Below, one piece after another: positions 50,601 through 62,303 of a stretch of DNA of 64,000 bases. The notes under the pieces are model-generated. The model did not search any database. It was not told where the DNA came from and saw only the letters and a list, made by a program, of their open reading frames with translations. How positions within the stretch are numbered: the stretch's first letter is position 1; every line of letters begins with the position of its first letter. The DNA is from Antedon mediterranea (lineage: Eukaryota; Animalia; Echinodermata): NCBI RefSeq assembly GCF_964355755.1, contig NC_092670.1:39234388-39298387 (forward strand), written 5' to 3'. The translations under genes were made by a program, and so were the position numbers.

Positions 50601-53600
50601 CGCTGATCAATTCACGGTAATCAACAAAAGCTGTAGCCAAGTGTGCTTCAGTATTCTCATTCATATTATTTGGACATGACACTACAGGTTTCTGGTTATC
50701 TATGAAATGAAAAACACACAATAGTGTTAATTTTGTTTGATTTAAATTTATAATCTGTCCAAATGTTTTGGTGGATTGTCTTGTTTCCTACATACTGTAC
50801 AACCCAGATAATCGTGGTTTTACTTGATGAAACATTAGCAATAAAAGTACGGCCACTAACCTTCAACCATCACTGTAAATGTACAGTTACCAGTGTTGTC
50901 TGTTGAGTCTGTAGCAGTAAAAACAAATGAATGCTTTCCTATTCCGACATCAGCTGGATATGTTTCATTTGGATCAGGATAGATGTATAGATCCTCACCA
51001 GAATTATCACTTACACTGATCAATTCACGGTAATCAACAAAAGCTGTAGCCAAGTTTTCTTCAGTAATCTCATTCATATCATTTGGACATGACACTACAG
51101 GGTTTTGGTTATCTATGAAATGAATATTGCACATTATAATTTTAAAAATATCATCTGGCTATATGTTGGAAAACTTTTTGGTTACATTGAATGTATAAAC
51201 TACAACATGAACAATAAAGAGAAGTATAGCTACTAACCTTTAACTGTCACAGTAAACGTACAGTTTCCAGTATTGTTAGACGAATCTGTAGCAGTGAATG
51301 TAAATACATTCTTTCCAATTCCTACATCAGCTGGATATACTTCATATGGATCAGGATAGATGTGTAGATCCTCACCAGAGTTATCACTTACGCTGATCAA
51401 TTCACGGTAATCAACATAAGCTATAGCCAAGTGTGCTTCAGTATTCTCATAAGTATCATTTGGACATAACACTACAGGGTTTTGGTTATCTATGAAATAA
51501 ATATTGCACATTATAATTTTGAAAAAATTATCTGGCTATATTTTTTGGGGATATTTTTGGTTACATTTAATGTATAAAATACAACATGAACAATAAAGAG
51601 AAGTATAGCTACTAACCTTTAACTGTCACAGTAAACGTACAGTTTCCAGTATTGTTAGACGAATCTGTAGCAGTGAATGTAAATACATTCTTTCCAATTC
51701 CGACATCAGCTGGATATACTTCATATCGATCAGGATAGATGTGTAGATCTTCACCAGAGTTATCACTTACGCTGATCAACTCAATGTAATCAACAAAAGC
51801 TATAGCCAAGTCTGATTCAGTATTCACACTCATGTTATTTGGACATGACACTACAGGGTTTTGGTTATCTATGAAATGAATATTGCACATTATAATTTTG
51901 AAAATATCATCTGGCTATATTTTTGGGGGATATTTTTGGTTACATTGAATGTATAAAATACAACATGAACAATAAAGAGAAGTATAGCAACTAACCTTTA
52001 ACTGTCACAGTAAACGTACAGTTTCCAGTATTGTTAGACAAATCTGTAGCAGTGAATGTAAATACATTCTTTCCAATTCCTACATCAGCTGGATATACTT
52101 CATATGGATCAGGATAGATGTGTAGAACCTCACCAGAGTTATCACTTACGCTGATCAATTCACGGTAATCAACAAAAGCTGTAGCCAAGTTTGCTTCAGT
52201 ATTCTCATTCTTATCATTTGGACATGACACTACAGGGTTTTGGTTATCTAAGAATAATGTTAATTTTTTTTAAATTTATAATCTGTCCAAATGTTTTGGT
52301 GGATTGTCTTGTTTCCTACATACTGTACAACCCAGATAATCGTGGTTTTACTTGATGAAACATTAGCAATAAAAGTACGGCCACTAACCTTCAACCATTA
52401 GAGTAAATGTACAATTACCAGTGTTCTCTGATGAATCTGTAGCAGAAAAAGTAAATGAATGCTTTCCAATTCCGACATCAGCTGGATATACTTCATATGG
52501 ATCAGGATAGATGTGTAGATCCTCACCAGAGTTATCACTTACGCTGATCAATTCACGGTAATCAACACAAGCTATAGCCAAGTGTGCTTCAGTATTCTCA
52601 TAGGTATCATTTGGACATACCACTACAGGGTTTTGGTTATCTTGAAATAAAATATTGAACATTTAAATTTTTTAAATATCATACGGCTATATGAATATTT
52701 TTGGTTACTGTACATTGAATGTACAAAATACAACATTAACGTTAATAACTATAAAAAAACACTATTCTCATTCGTATTATTCGGACATGACACTACCGGG
52801 TTTTGGTTATCTATGAATAATGTTCATTTTGTTTGATTTAAATGTATAATCTGTCCAAATATTTTGGTGGATTTTCTTGTTTCCTACATACTGTAGAAAT
52901 CAGATAATGGCGATAATGGTGGTTTTACTTGATGAAACATTAGCAATAAAAGTACAGTCACTAACCTTTAACCATCACTGTAAATGTACAGTTACCAGTG
53001 TTCGCTGATGAATCTGTAGCAGTAAAAACAAATGAATGCTGTCCAATTCCGACATCAGCTGGATATATTTCATATGGATCAGGATAGATGTGTAGATCCT
53101 CACCCGAATTATCACTTACGCTGATCAATTCACGGTAATCAACAAAAGTTGTAGCCAAGTTTGCTTCAGTATTCTCATTCATATTATTTGGACATGACAC
53201 TACAGGATTTTGGTTATCTATGAAATGAAAAACACACAATAGTGTTAATTTTGTTTGATTTAAATTTATAATCTGTCCAAATGTTTTGGTGGATTGTCTT
53301 GTTTCCTACATACTGTACAACCCAGATAATCGTGGTTTTACTTGATGAAACATTAGCAATAAAAGTACGGCCACTAACCTTTAACCATCACTGTAAATGT
53401 ACAGTTACCAGTGTTGTCTGATGAGTCTGTAGCAGTAAAAACAAATGAATGCTTTCCTATTCCGACATCAGCTGGATATGTTTTATGTGGATCAGGATAG
53501 ATGTGTAGATCCTCACCAGAGTTATCACTTACGCTGATCAATTCACGGTAATCAACAAAAGCTGTAGCCAAGTTTTCTTCAGTATTCTCATTCATATCAT

Positions 53601-56600
53601 TTGGACATGACACTACAGGGTTTTGGTTATCTATGAAATGAATATTGCACATTATAATTTTAAAAATATCATCTGGCTATATGTTGGAAAACTTTTTGGT
53701 TACATTGAATGTATAAACTACAACATAAACAATAAAGAGAAGTATAGTTACTAACCTTCAACTGTCACCATAAACGTACAGTTTCCAGTATTGTTAGACG
53801 AATCTATAGCAGTGAATGTAAATATATGCTGTCCAATTCCGACATCAGCTGGATATATTTCATATGGATCAGGATAGATGTGTAGATCCTCACCAGAGTT
53901 ATCACTTACGCTGATCAAATCATGATAATCAACAAAAGCTATAGCCAAGTCTGCTTCAGTATTCTCATAGGTATCATTTGGACATAACACTACAGGGTTT
54001 TGGTTATCTTGAAATAAAATATTGAACATTTAAATTTTTAAAATATCATACGGCTATATGAATATTTTTGGTTACTGTACATTGAATGTACAAATTACAA
54101 CATGAACGTTAAAAACTACACTGTAAAAATAGTGTTTAGATCTTAAACATGTATTTTGTACCCACTTTTTCCACACATTTAGCCTTAAACATGTTTAGAT
54201 GTGAAACATGTTTAGGTTCTAAACACATTCTAAACATGTAGTCTGTATCCAACTCTACACATCAGTGACGTATTGATTGTTAAACATGTGGCGCAATATG
54301 AAGACAAGTTTAGGTTTTAAACGTGTTTAATTTGCCATGTGTGGAGCTCATGTGTGGAGCTTTTTTCCGCCACAGTAAAATCGTATGCACGCAACTCTAA
54401 ACACATACCTAAACATTTTGACTGCTAAACATGTGGAGTAATTGAACATAATATTGACATTAGTCAAGTGGAGGAAAACAACATGTAGCTATAAACACGT
54501 TTAGCTTTTAAACACGCTAAACATGTAACTCGTGTCTAAAAGCTAAACGTGTGGAAAAAGTGGGTACAAAATAGGTGTTTAAGATCTAAACACTATTTTT
54601 ACAGTGTATAAAAAAAAACAGTATTCTCATTCGTATTATTCGGACATAACACTACAGGTTTTTCATAGTCTGAAAATTAGTAGGCAATAATGTCAATTTG
54701 ACTTTATCAAAAAACATCGTCTGTTCAAATGATTTAAAATGACCGAATGTTATATAGCCACAGGAGACAAAGCCTAGAAATAACTTATAGTATATTCTAC
54801 TTTTAAAGTAACTTACAAAGTAACACATACTGTACCTATAACTGTTATTGTAAATTTACATTCTGCAGTGTTTCCAGACAAATCTGTAGCCTTAAATCCA
54901 AACAATACTGTTCCAATTCCAAAATTACTAGGAAATACATGATAAGGACAAGGAGATATGTTGACAAGGCCTATATTGTCCACAGCTGAAATCGACTGTG
55001 AATAGTCAAATTTTTTCGTAGATAAACCAATGTTAGTTGTTCCATACGTGTCGAGAGGACACGTCAATGTTGGTGGTTCTAAATCTGGAAATTAACAAGG
55101 TTACCTTAGACAGCCGCTCATAGAAAAGCTAACATTTTTATTTGTATTGGTTATTTCTTTGTTTACCGACTATTTGTTCGGAATAAATTAAAAGTAAACA
55201 TGCGCATGCTATTGAACCGGAAGATAAGCCTCTTTTTGTATGTTTGCAAAATTTTGCCAAAATAAAGTGAATGTTAGAAAAGAAAATCTTCAATCGTAAC
55301 TTGAATTGAAGTAAATTATTACTTAAAATAATTTATACTGACCTCTCTCATAATAGTCGTAACGATGATAATCTGTGGTTAATCCGCCTGTGACCATAGA
55401 TATATTGTGATCACTTAAATCACATTCTCTATTGTTGTACTTATAATAATCAAACGACAGACAATAAAACTCAGTAGTGTGAACACATTGTTCAGCACAT
55501 ACATCTGTTGGTACTGGCAACAGTTTCCTGGTATTGTACCCTAGTAATGCTGCGTCTTCATACTTCTTAAAATTCGAATCAAGGTAACCTAAATAAAAAG
55601 TGAGAGTGACTCCTCCTTAACTATGCGTACGGTCCCCTCTTTAACTATGCGTACGGTATGATGTCTATCGATAATAAACAGCCTGTGTGTCAAGTAGACC
55701 CATCATAATGCCTAATATAAAATCACACTTAAAAAAAAAAACATCGATGAGGTTCGTGATCTACGTCTATATGTGGCAGCAGACATACGACGTAAGTATG
55801 TGTATTTGTTGAACCATAACGTATTCTACTTTCAGATTTTGTTAACAATGTACAGTATATCAAATAAAGTCTTAATTTAACAAATTCAAATTAGTTGAGA
55901 AGCACTGTATAAATTTATAGAAACAGTGTTTATTTTGTATTTTTTTTAGTGACATTTATGTACAAGGTTAGTAAAACAAAAACACAAATTGATCGCATTC
56001 TTAAAACAGTTTATGCACGTACGCCGCGCACGCACGTGGCAAACTTAGTTGTGACACACTGTCATTAATCGTATTTTGCTTATGCTGTGATTATAAAAAA
56101 AAAACTCGAAGGTATTACTCACTTACAACCGTGATTGTAAAAGAACAACTAGCAACGTTCTGAAACGAATCCATTGCCATGAATTCAAATACATGTACAC
56201 CAATAGTGATATCATTTGGAAATGTACTTGGATCTGGATATATTGTAACAGATTCTTTGGAGTTATCCGTTGCTTCAATTAAACCCGGATCAACATACGC
56301 CATATCAGTCACATAGTCTGCAGCATATGCCTGGTCACATGGGCAAACCAAGTTAGGAGCTTCAAGATCTAGAAAACACTTGGCAAAGGTTAGTAAAAAC
56401 AAAAACACAAAAGTAACGCATTACAATTTTGTATTGTACTGCATTGTATTGTGTATTGTGTGACCAACCGATTTGTGATGCCGCTGTCGTTTATCTAATT
56501 TTGCTTCAATTATTTGTTTTTGTGGTAACTTAGAGGATGTACTCTACTTAACTGTGATTTACATTAATTTTACATATTTGTTGATATTTCATATCTCCAC

Positions 56601-57319
56601 GTGGCTAATCGAATACGGCTTTACCACGTTAAAAATTGGTTCTCGTCAGACCACTAATGTTAAGCAACATTGAACCTGATTAGAGCTTGGGTGGGAGACC
56701 ATCTGGGAATATCGGGTGCTGTATATAGAGCTGGGGTCCCAGACATTTGAAATCAGCACTGGTGACTCTTATGGCAGCCCCTGCATCTAGTATCTGCCTC
56801 AGACGTACATCTTTTCCTCTGGTCAAGCTGGACGAAACCCTTGATCAAAGTTAGGAGCAATCAAGATGCTTTAAACAGTCCTGGCTTAGTTTCATCCATC
56901 ATTAATTCAGATGAATGTAAAACTAATTGACATTGTTGTTTATGACAGACGTCGGCCATAAACAAAAACAAACAAACATGACTAATCATGTTGCGAACAG
57001 TACCAATGTTTATTAAAGGCATAATATATATACATAATATTCCCCATAATATTTTATAACAATAAGTTGTATTTCTTACCTTGGACCGTGATTGTGAATG
57101 AGCATCGCTCAACCTCAACTCCGTCAGCATTTTGAGCAACAAATTGAAAATATGTTTCTCCAATAACTACATCAGTTGGAAATATATCGGATGGATCAGG
57201 ATGTATCGTAAAACGATCAGAATTGACACTGATAGAATAGCGATAATCAATAGTTCTTGTAGACGATCTTCTGTCAGTATTTACTGTAGCATCATCAGGG
57301 CAAATTATGTGTTGGTTAA
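41658..57319 (-). CDS. Adhesion GPCR with about 20 HYR domains, one PAN/apple domain, GAIN/GPS and a secretin-family 7TM region (5' signal exon not resolved)
   Basis: HYR exons (P.I.CP.D..T..A.V.Y..SDNSG..P..G...F.ATD.S.N...C.F.V.V, phase 1-1) at 57080-57319, ~56120, ~54835, ~53755, 53378, 52965, 52388, 51995, 51616, 51237, 50860, 50447, 50068, 49689, 49312, 48899, 48522, 48186, 47825 and 47075. PAN exon at about 55341-55588 (CAEQC..FYCLSFDY..ECDLS..YDYYE). GPS VCLYY..WNDRG..ICNSEHLTSFSVLM (44660-45050). 7TM motifs IHKNL, CRIISVILH..FTWMCAEA, CWLS..IWTFVAP, LLPLMGTTW, QGIFIFIIYCVLENE. Stop TAA at 41660-41658. Confidence 0.9.
42993..43153. mobile_element. Harbinger-like MITE, family A, full length
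   Basis: TAA|AGCTCTGTCTACACTATCAAACT ... AGTTTGATAGTGTAGGGAGAGCT|TAA (3-bp TSD). Confidence 0.85.
44062..44126. mobile_element. Harbinger-like MITE, family A, minimal 65-bp copy
   Basis: TTA|AGCTCTGTCTACATTATCAAA ... TTTGATAGTGTAGACAGAGCT|TTA. Confidence 0.8.
46894..47025. mobile_element. Harbinger-like MITE, family A, truncated
   Basis: AGCCCTGTCTACACTATCAAG plus the internal AAATATGGTAGTGAT repeats. Confidence 0.7.
48515..54118 (-). repeat. Tandem exon-plus-intron array of HYR units (about 377-413 bp each) with a 1548-bp four-unit higher-order repeat
   Basis: ORFs 49308/50856, 49685/51233 and 50064/51612 encode identical proteins and are each offset by 1548 bp; their introns are also near-identical. 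Confidence 0.95.
54119..54606. mobile_element. CACTG-ended (CMC/EnSpm-like) non-autonomous element with TA TSD
   Basis: TA|CACTGTAAAAATAGTGTTTAGATCTTAAACA ... TGTTTAAGATCTAAACACTATTTTTACAGTG|TA; many internal AAACATGT repeats; an empty paralogous site lies at about 52748. Confidence 0.85.
56611..56726 (+). pseudogene. 5S rRNA pseudogene or head of a 5S-derived SINE (SINE3-like)
   Basis: TACGGC..TACCACGTT.AAAA..GGTTCTCGTC.GA.CAC..A.GTTAAGCAAC...CCTG.TTAG..CTTGG.TGGG.GACC..CTGGGAA.A.CGGGTGCTGTA aligns along animal 5S rRNA with many substitutions; no poly-T terminator follows. Confidence 0.8.
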
Positions 57320-57662
57320 CTGTAATGGAGTTAGTATTCGAACGTTGAGCTAACGAAATATCATGAAGGTATCAGTATAATAAAATAAAAAGACACGAAA
57401 GAACAAAGGTACAAATTTCCCACACCTGTGCGTAATTACACACGATTCTGATACGGAATTTGACGCCCAGAAACTGATAAATATGTCAGAGAATTTTCAC
57501 TCTTCCTACGTTATGTCAACGCTTTTTGGAAGATCAGCCTTTTTTGATGATATTTGAACTAGATTGATGTCGTTTTGTTTTTAACAAGCACGAATGTGCA
57601 ATACTCGGGGTACAGCGAAAGAAGCTGTATACAGACGTATACAGTTAGAATGTAAAGAAAAT

Positions 57663-57734
57663 AGGTTTCGCCAGGGCTCGAACCGGGACCTTCTGCGTGT
57701 TAAGCAGACTTGACAACCACTACACTACGAAACC
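57663..57734 (-). tRNA. tRNA-Val(AAC), possibly a pseudogene
   Basis: Reverse complement GGTTTCGTAGTGTAGTGGTTGTCAAGTCTGCTTAACACGCAGAAGGTCCCGGTTCGAGCCCTGGCGAAACC: acceptor and anticodon stems are intact, with mismatches in the D and T arms. Confidence 0.7.
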
Positions 57735-57947
57735 TCTTACATTAAAAATGTGGGTTACAGAAAGTTTTTTAATCCATTTAAATTACAAATAAATGGTAAT
57801 AAGCACAAAGCAAAATAAACATGTGTAAAAGTGATAATTACCGATTACACAAAATAAGTATTTTAAAAAAGAATAAAAATAAGATATACTCTGTATAATT
57901 ATCATATTGCGTATACAGTACTTTTCACCATAAATTAAAAAAAAAAA

Positions 57948-58019
57948 GGTTTCGTCCGGGCTCGAACCAGGTACCTTCTGCGTGTTAAGCAAACGTGATA
58001 ACCACTACGCCAAGAATCC
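57948..58019 (-). tRNA. tRNA-Val(AAC), probably a degenerate pseudogene
   Basis: Reverse complement GGATTCTTGGCGTAGTGGTTATCACGTTTGCTTAACACGCAGAAGGTACCTGGTTCGAGCCCGGACGAAACC, followed by a T11 terminator; the acceptor stem has mismatches. Confidence 0.65.
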
Positions 58020-58089
58020 GCATATAACCATATAACTACATAACGCTGTGGTGTGTGTCACACATTGTGGCTTCTTAATTAAACAAATT

Positions 58090-58292
58090 AATTAACAAAA
58101 AATTAAAAATCCGGCTCTATAGCTTTGAGGACATGTCCCTGTAGTATGTTCATGCCAAATCCCAGCTCAATACTATAACGAATAAGGGAGGAGTAGTACT
58201 TTAAAAATCGCACTTTTTACTCAATAGTGTCCAGATGGAGGAAGAGAAGGAGAAAATGAGTAAGTACTAGACTCGGGTACCCCGAGTAAAAA
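58090..58292. mobile_element. Helentron/HINE-like 3' fragment
   Basis: ..CATGCCAAAT.CCAGCTC.ATA.. motif and a terminal hairpin ACTCGGGTACCCCGAGT followed by AAAAA. Confidence 0.4.
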
Positions 58293-60436
58293 TTGAGATA
58301 TATTATTTAGGATTAGGTTCATTTAACATTGACAGCCGTGTGTTATTGTCGTTGGGACAGTGCGGTTTATTGTCGCTAGCCGAAAATAATAACAAAATCA
58401 TTATACCTACTGAACTAATTTAAAGAGACTGTTATGCAATTACTACACAATCGTAGATGATAGGATACAAAAGTTGAAACTGCACAAAGGCCCGTTAAAA
58501 TAATGGTGAATAAACAGATTGACCCAAACTTCCATCATATTGGCATAATGTTGAACAAAAGTTCGACTTACTTAGTGTGTCATAATGTACCTTTAAAACT
58601 ACTAAAAGTATAAGGAAGTTGAAATAAAAATAATTAAAAGTTACCAGTGGCATCATAGTATTGGAACATAGTAGATGCAGATATGAATACAAATGGTATT
58701 AGTTGAAACATTATAATTCCAGCAATGATTTTTTATACTAGCAAACAATGCAGCCAGCAGCAGGCAGTATAATGACCTTTGACCTCGTGCATACGGCTTC
58801 CAACGTTAACTTCCGCTACACCAGTCTAAGTCAGATCACTTTTTCAAACATATACATATATTATTAAGTATTTTGTCGTCTTTTCATTCGATCTCAGTCG
58901 TGAACAACAAATAATTATCAGCAAAATTCAAAATTTGTTACGGTATCCTACCAGTCCAAGAGGACTGATGCATCCACCTGCATCCACCTGCATGCATATA
59001 TATGGAAATACACGAGAAGAGTGATGCATCCACCTGCATATGGAAATACACGAGAAGAGTGCCAGTTTGTGAACTCCCACATGTTCTCATCTTTTATCAT
59101 TTTAAATTGTGTTCTGTATTGACTTAAAATATCACAATGAGTCAATAAGAACTATATAATTACGACATGTTGTTCATCAAGGTTATTTAATTAAGAGGAA
59201 ATATCTTTCAATATTATTAAATTATTAGAACAGTCTTTTTTACGTGAATTATTCGTCTTTCAACTTTTGTTATTTATACTTACAATGATTTCAAGAAAAC
59301 AAAGAATATAATATAATAGTGAATACATATTAAATCATATATAAAACATCGTCAGCAAAGTCAGTCAAGGTCAGTCAATTAGAAACAAAATTAATTTACT
59401 CTGTTCAATATTATTAAATTATAGGAAGATTCTGTTTTCATTTATTTTGAATTATTTATATTTGTATACATTATACTCTTTTCTTTAATTACAACAAAGA
59501 ATTTTATCTAAAAATGGAAAATTAAATTGAAATTAGTTCTGACTTATCAGAGTCAAACACAAATATGTCAAGTATTATTGAATTGTTGTAAGTCTGTTTT
59601 CATTTAGATGTCTATACTGTTTTAGTTTGGTTTTTCTATAAATATTGGCATACTAAAACAACAAAAAATCTATCAAAATTTATCATATATAATGTATTAT
59701 TATTTAAACACGAAATTAGTTTAGATTAAATAAACTGACTTTAAACATATTATTGAAACAGTCAAATGTTTTTTTTATACGGGTTAAATTAGTTTACTTT
59801 GTTTTAAAACAAATAATATTTCACGATCAACAGATTCAATTGTCTGAATTTAATGAAATTAGATATATTAAATTATTTTGTCTGTTGTTTTTTTATATAA
59901 TATAATTTAATTTCTACACTTTAGGGGGCTAGAGAGTTACTCGATAGTGACTCTGATAATCCCGTCTACCTCCTAAAGTGGAGGCCTACTTTGTGACCCT
60001 TTAATCTTTTATTATTTGATAAAAAGATAAAATGAAAGTGTACTTACTTTCTGATAATTCCTAATGCTTTCCCAAGACAGCTGAAGATGATTGTATAACA
60101 GAAGTAATTTATACCAATCTTATGTTGTCTGCATGGTTCTATAGTAACTAATAAAACATTACTCAGATCATGCATGTGCATAAGATAGATATACTGTAAG
60201 AAGGCGTGTATTATTATTATTTTATTGACAAGCAACAATCAAAAGATGAATATAATCAGCTGTATACTTACATCATCATAATTAGATAATATGGTTAGGT
60301 TTTTTAACAAATTCAACGCCATGCTCTCTCCTATTTATTAGCGCCTACGGCCTTAATTTATACTTTTAAATACAGTGTGGATGAATTTTTATTGAGTTAA
60401 TATATCGACGCACAAATGTTAATTATTAGAGATATA

Positions 60437-60759
60437 AGATATAGTGTCCCCTTAAAAAAATGTGTGTTTTTTTTTAAATATGCCATTTTAATGTCACATA
60501 ATAGTTATTCCCTTTCACCAAAACTGGATCCAAAAAATATTTTTTCCCTGAAAAAAATGTAATTTAAAGCAAAATATACCTAAATTATCTATCAGACAAT
60601 GGTTTTTGGTTTAAATTAACCATTTCTTTTGTCTTTCTATAAGTGAAATAATTTTTTTTTCTCCAGAAGTGAATAACTTTATTAAAACTGCAAAATGACC
60701 TATTCAAAGTCTGATTTTATTATTCTTAATTGTTCATGTTTTTGGGGGACAATACATCT
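60437..60759. mobile_element. Kolobok-like MITE, family C
   Basis: AGATATAGTGTCCCC ... GGGGACAATACATCT|TTAA; homologous to 8584-8854. Confidence 0.75.
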
Positions 60760-62303
60760 TTAAGTTGTTGATATAAGTTGAATTAATCATCACACTAACT
60801 ATTCATGTTATTTGAAATTAGTTACTAATTTAGTATATAAAATACTTATTGTGATTAGGTAACGTATTTGACGATTGCTTTGAATTGACAATATATCTTT
60901 TATTAATTTATTCCTTTTTTAAGGCTCGCCCACCACAACATATTCTGTTTTCATCTTCCAGGGCATCTGCCTTCAAACTCTGACCTCATATCTAAGTATA
61001 TTTTTTTTGTTGCTTTGTACGATATTATGTTTTATGTCAGAGAGTATGGAAATAAATGTTTTTGAATTTTTTTTGAATGAAAACTATACTATGTAAATGA
61101 CTACTCCGTGTTTGATTCATTGATTTATTTATATGCCTTGCTAAGCTAAATGTTTAGAGATCTTACCACCATTATGGTTGGCCTATAGTAGGCATTTAGT
61201 GACTCTGTGCGGTGGTCACTACGCGTTTTCACCGGAATGAAGAAATAAAGACCAATGTATGGTGAGAGAGAGCTTTAATTATAAACATAACCATTATATA
61301 CAAATTGTCTTACGCAGCAAACAAATGTCAAAAAGGAACTAATTAATTATTTATAAAAGAAATATCAGATTGTGCATATAAAAATTAATATAAGGCTTCA
61401 CTTCTTTAACAGAACATAGTTTAGGTCACTACAAGCATATTCTAGTGTATCATGAGGAAATATTAACAACACATGGGGTTAGCATTTATTTTTCTCAATT
61501 TGTATAATTTCAATCCGTCAAAGCAACTCCAATTATACCTCAATCGATAAACACATTTTCATCATTCTCTTAATTTTGTCTTTAATTTCTAACTAATAAG
61601 ACTATCGATTATTACACTTTAATTTCAAAAATTTGGAATTCCAATCGATGTATAATTTTTATTTTCTTACAACTTGCATCGAGTAATAACTGAAATTTTA
61701 TAATTACGTATATCTAAAATAATATGTTGTTACAAACTTTGTATTGAGGCTATTGCTAGACGAGAGTTAGACTTACCCCAAGTATGTGCCAAAATATTTA
61801 TCTTTTACTAATATTAAGTGAAAACTTCGTCTGGAGCCGAACTAGACCAGAGTATTATTACATGTTATCATTGAATTTCTTTAAAAAAAATTATTATTTC
61901 TTGTTTAACCTGGATTTGATGTCGTTTACTTATGTTGCCCCTGCCCAGCATTTGTTCACCTATTATTTTTTTTAATTATTGTATTGATTTTATGCTGGTC
62001 AAATAAATAAAAGAAACGAAAGTGTTATCCTTTTGTGCCCATGATACGGAGTAAAAAAATAGAACTTACCTAAGTAGTAAATAAGTTGTGCTTCAAATAC
62101 AGGCCTACTGTAAACATTAACTAACAATAAAGTGATTGATTATAACATTTACTTTTTGTACATTTTACATTAAATAATTTTTCTTGGAAGGAGGGGTATG
62201 AATACATTGTTTGCATCAAATTGAAAAAGAGTGTTTGGACGTGACAAGATGGCGGATGTAATATCAGTTGTCCAAGCTCTATTCTTTAGCGTGACGTAAT
62301 ACT

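Noticed and set aside
56819-56842. Hammerhead-like CTGGTCAAGCTGGACGAAAC
   Set aside because: The CUGANGA core is broken and stem II does not pair.
59915-59980. Nested hairpin CACTTTAGG..AGAGTTACT/AGTGACTCT..CCTAAAGTG
   Set aside because: It is a single copy with no clear TSD; it may be a tiny MITE remnant but the support is too weak.
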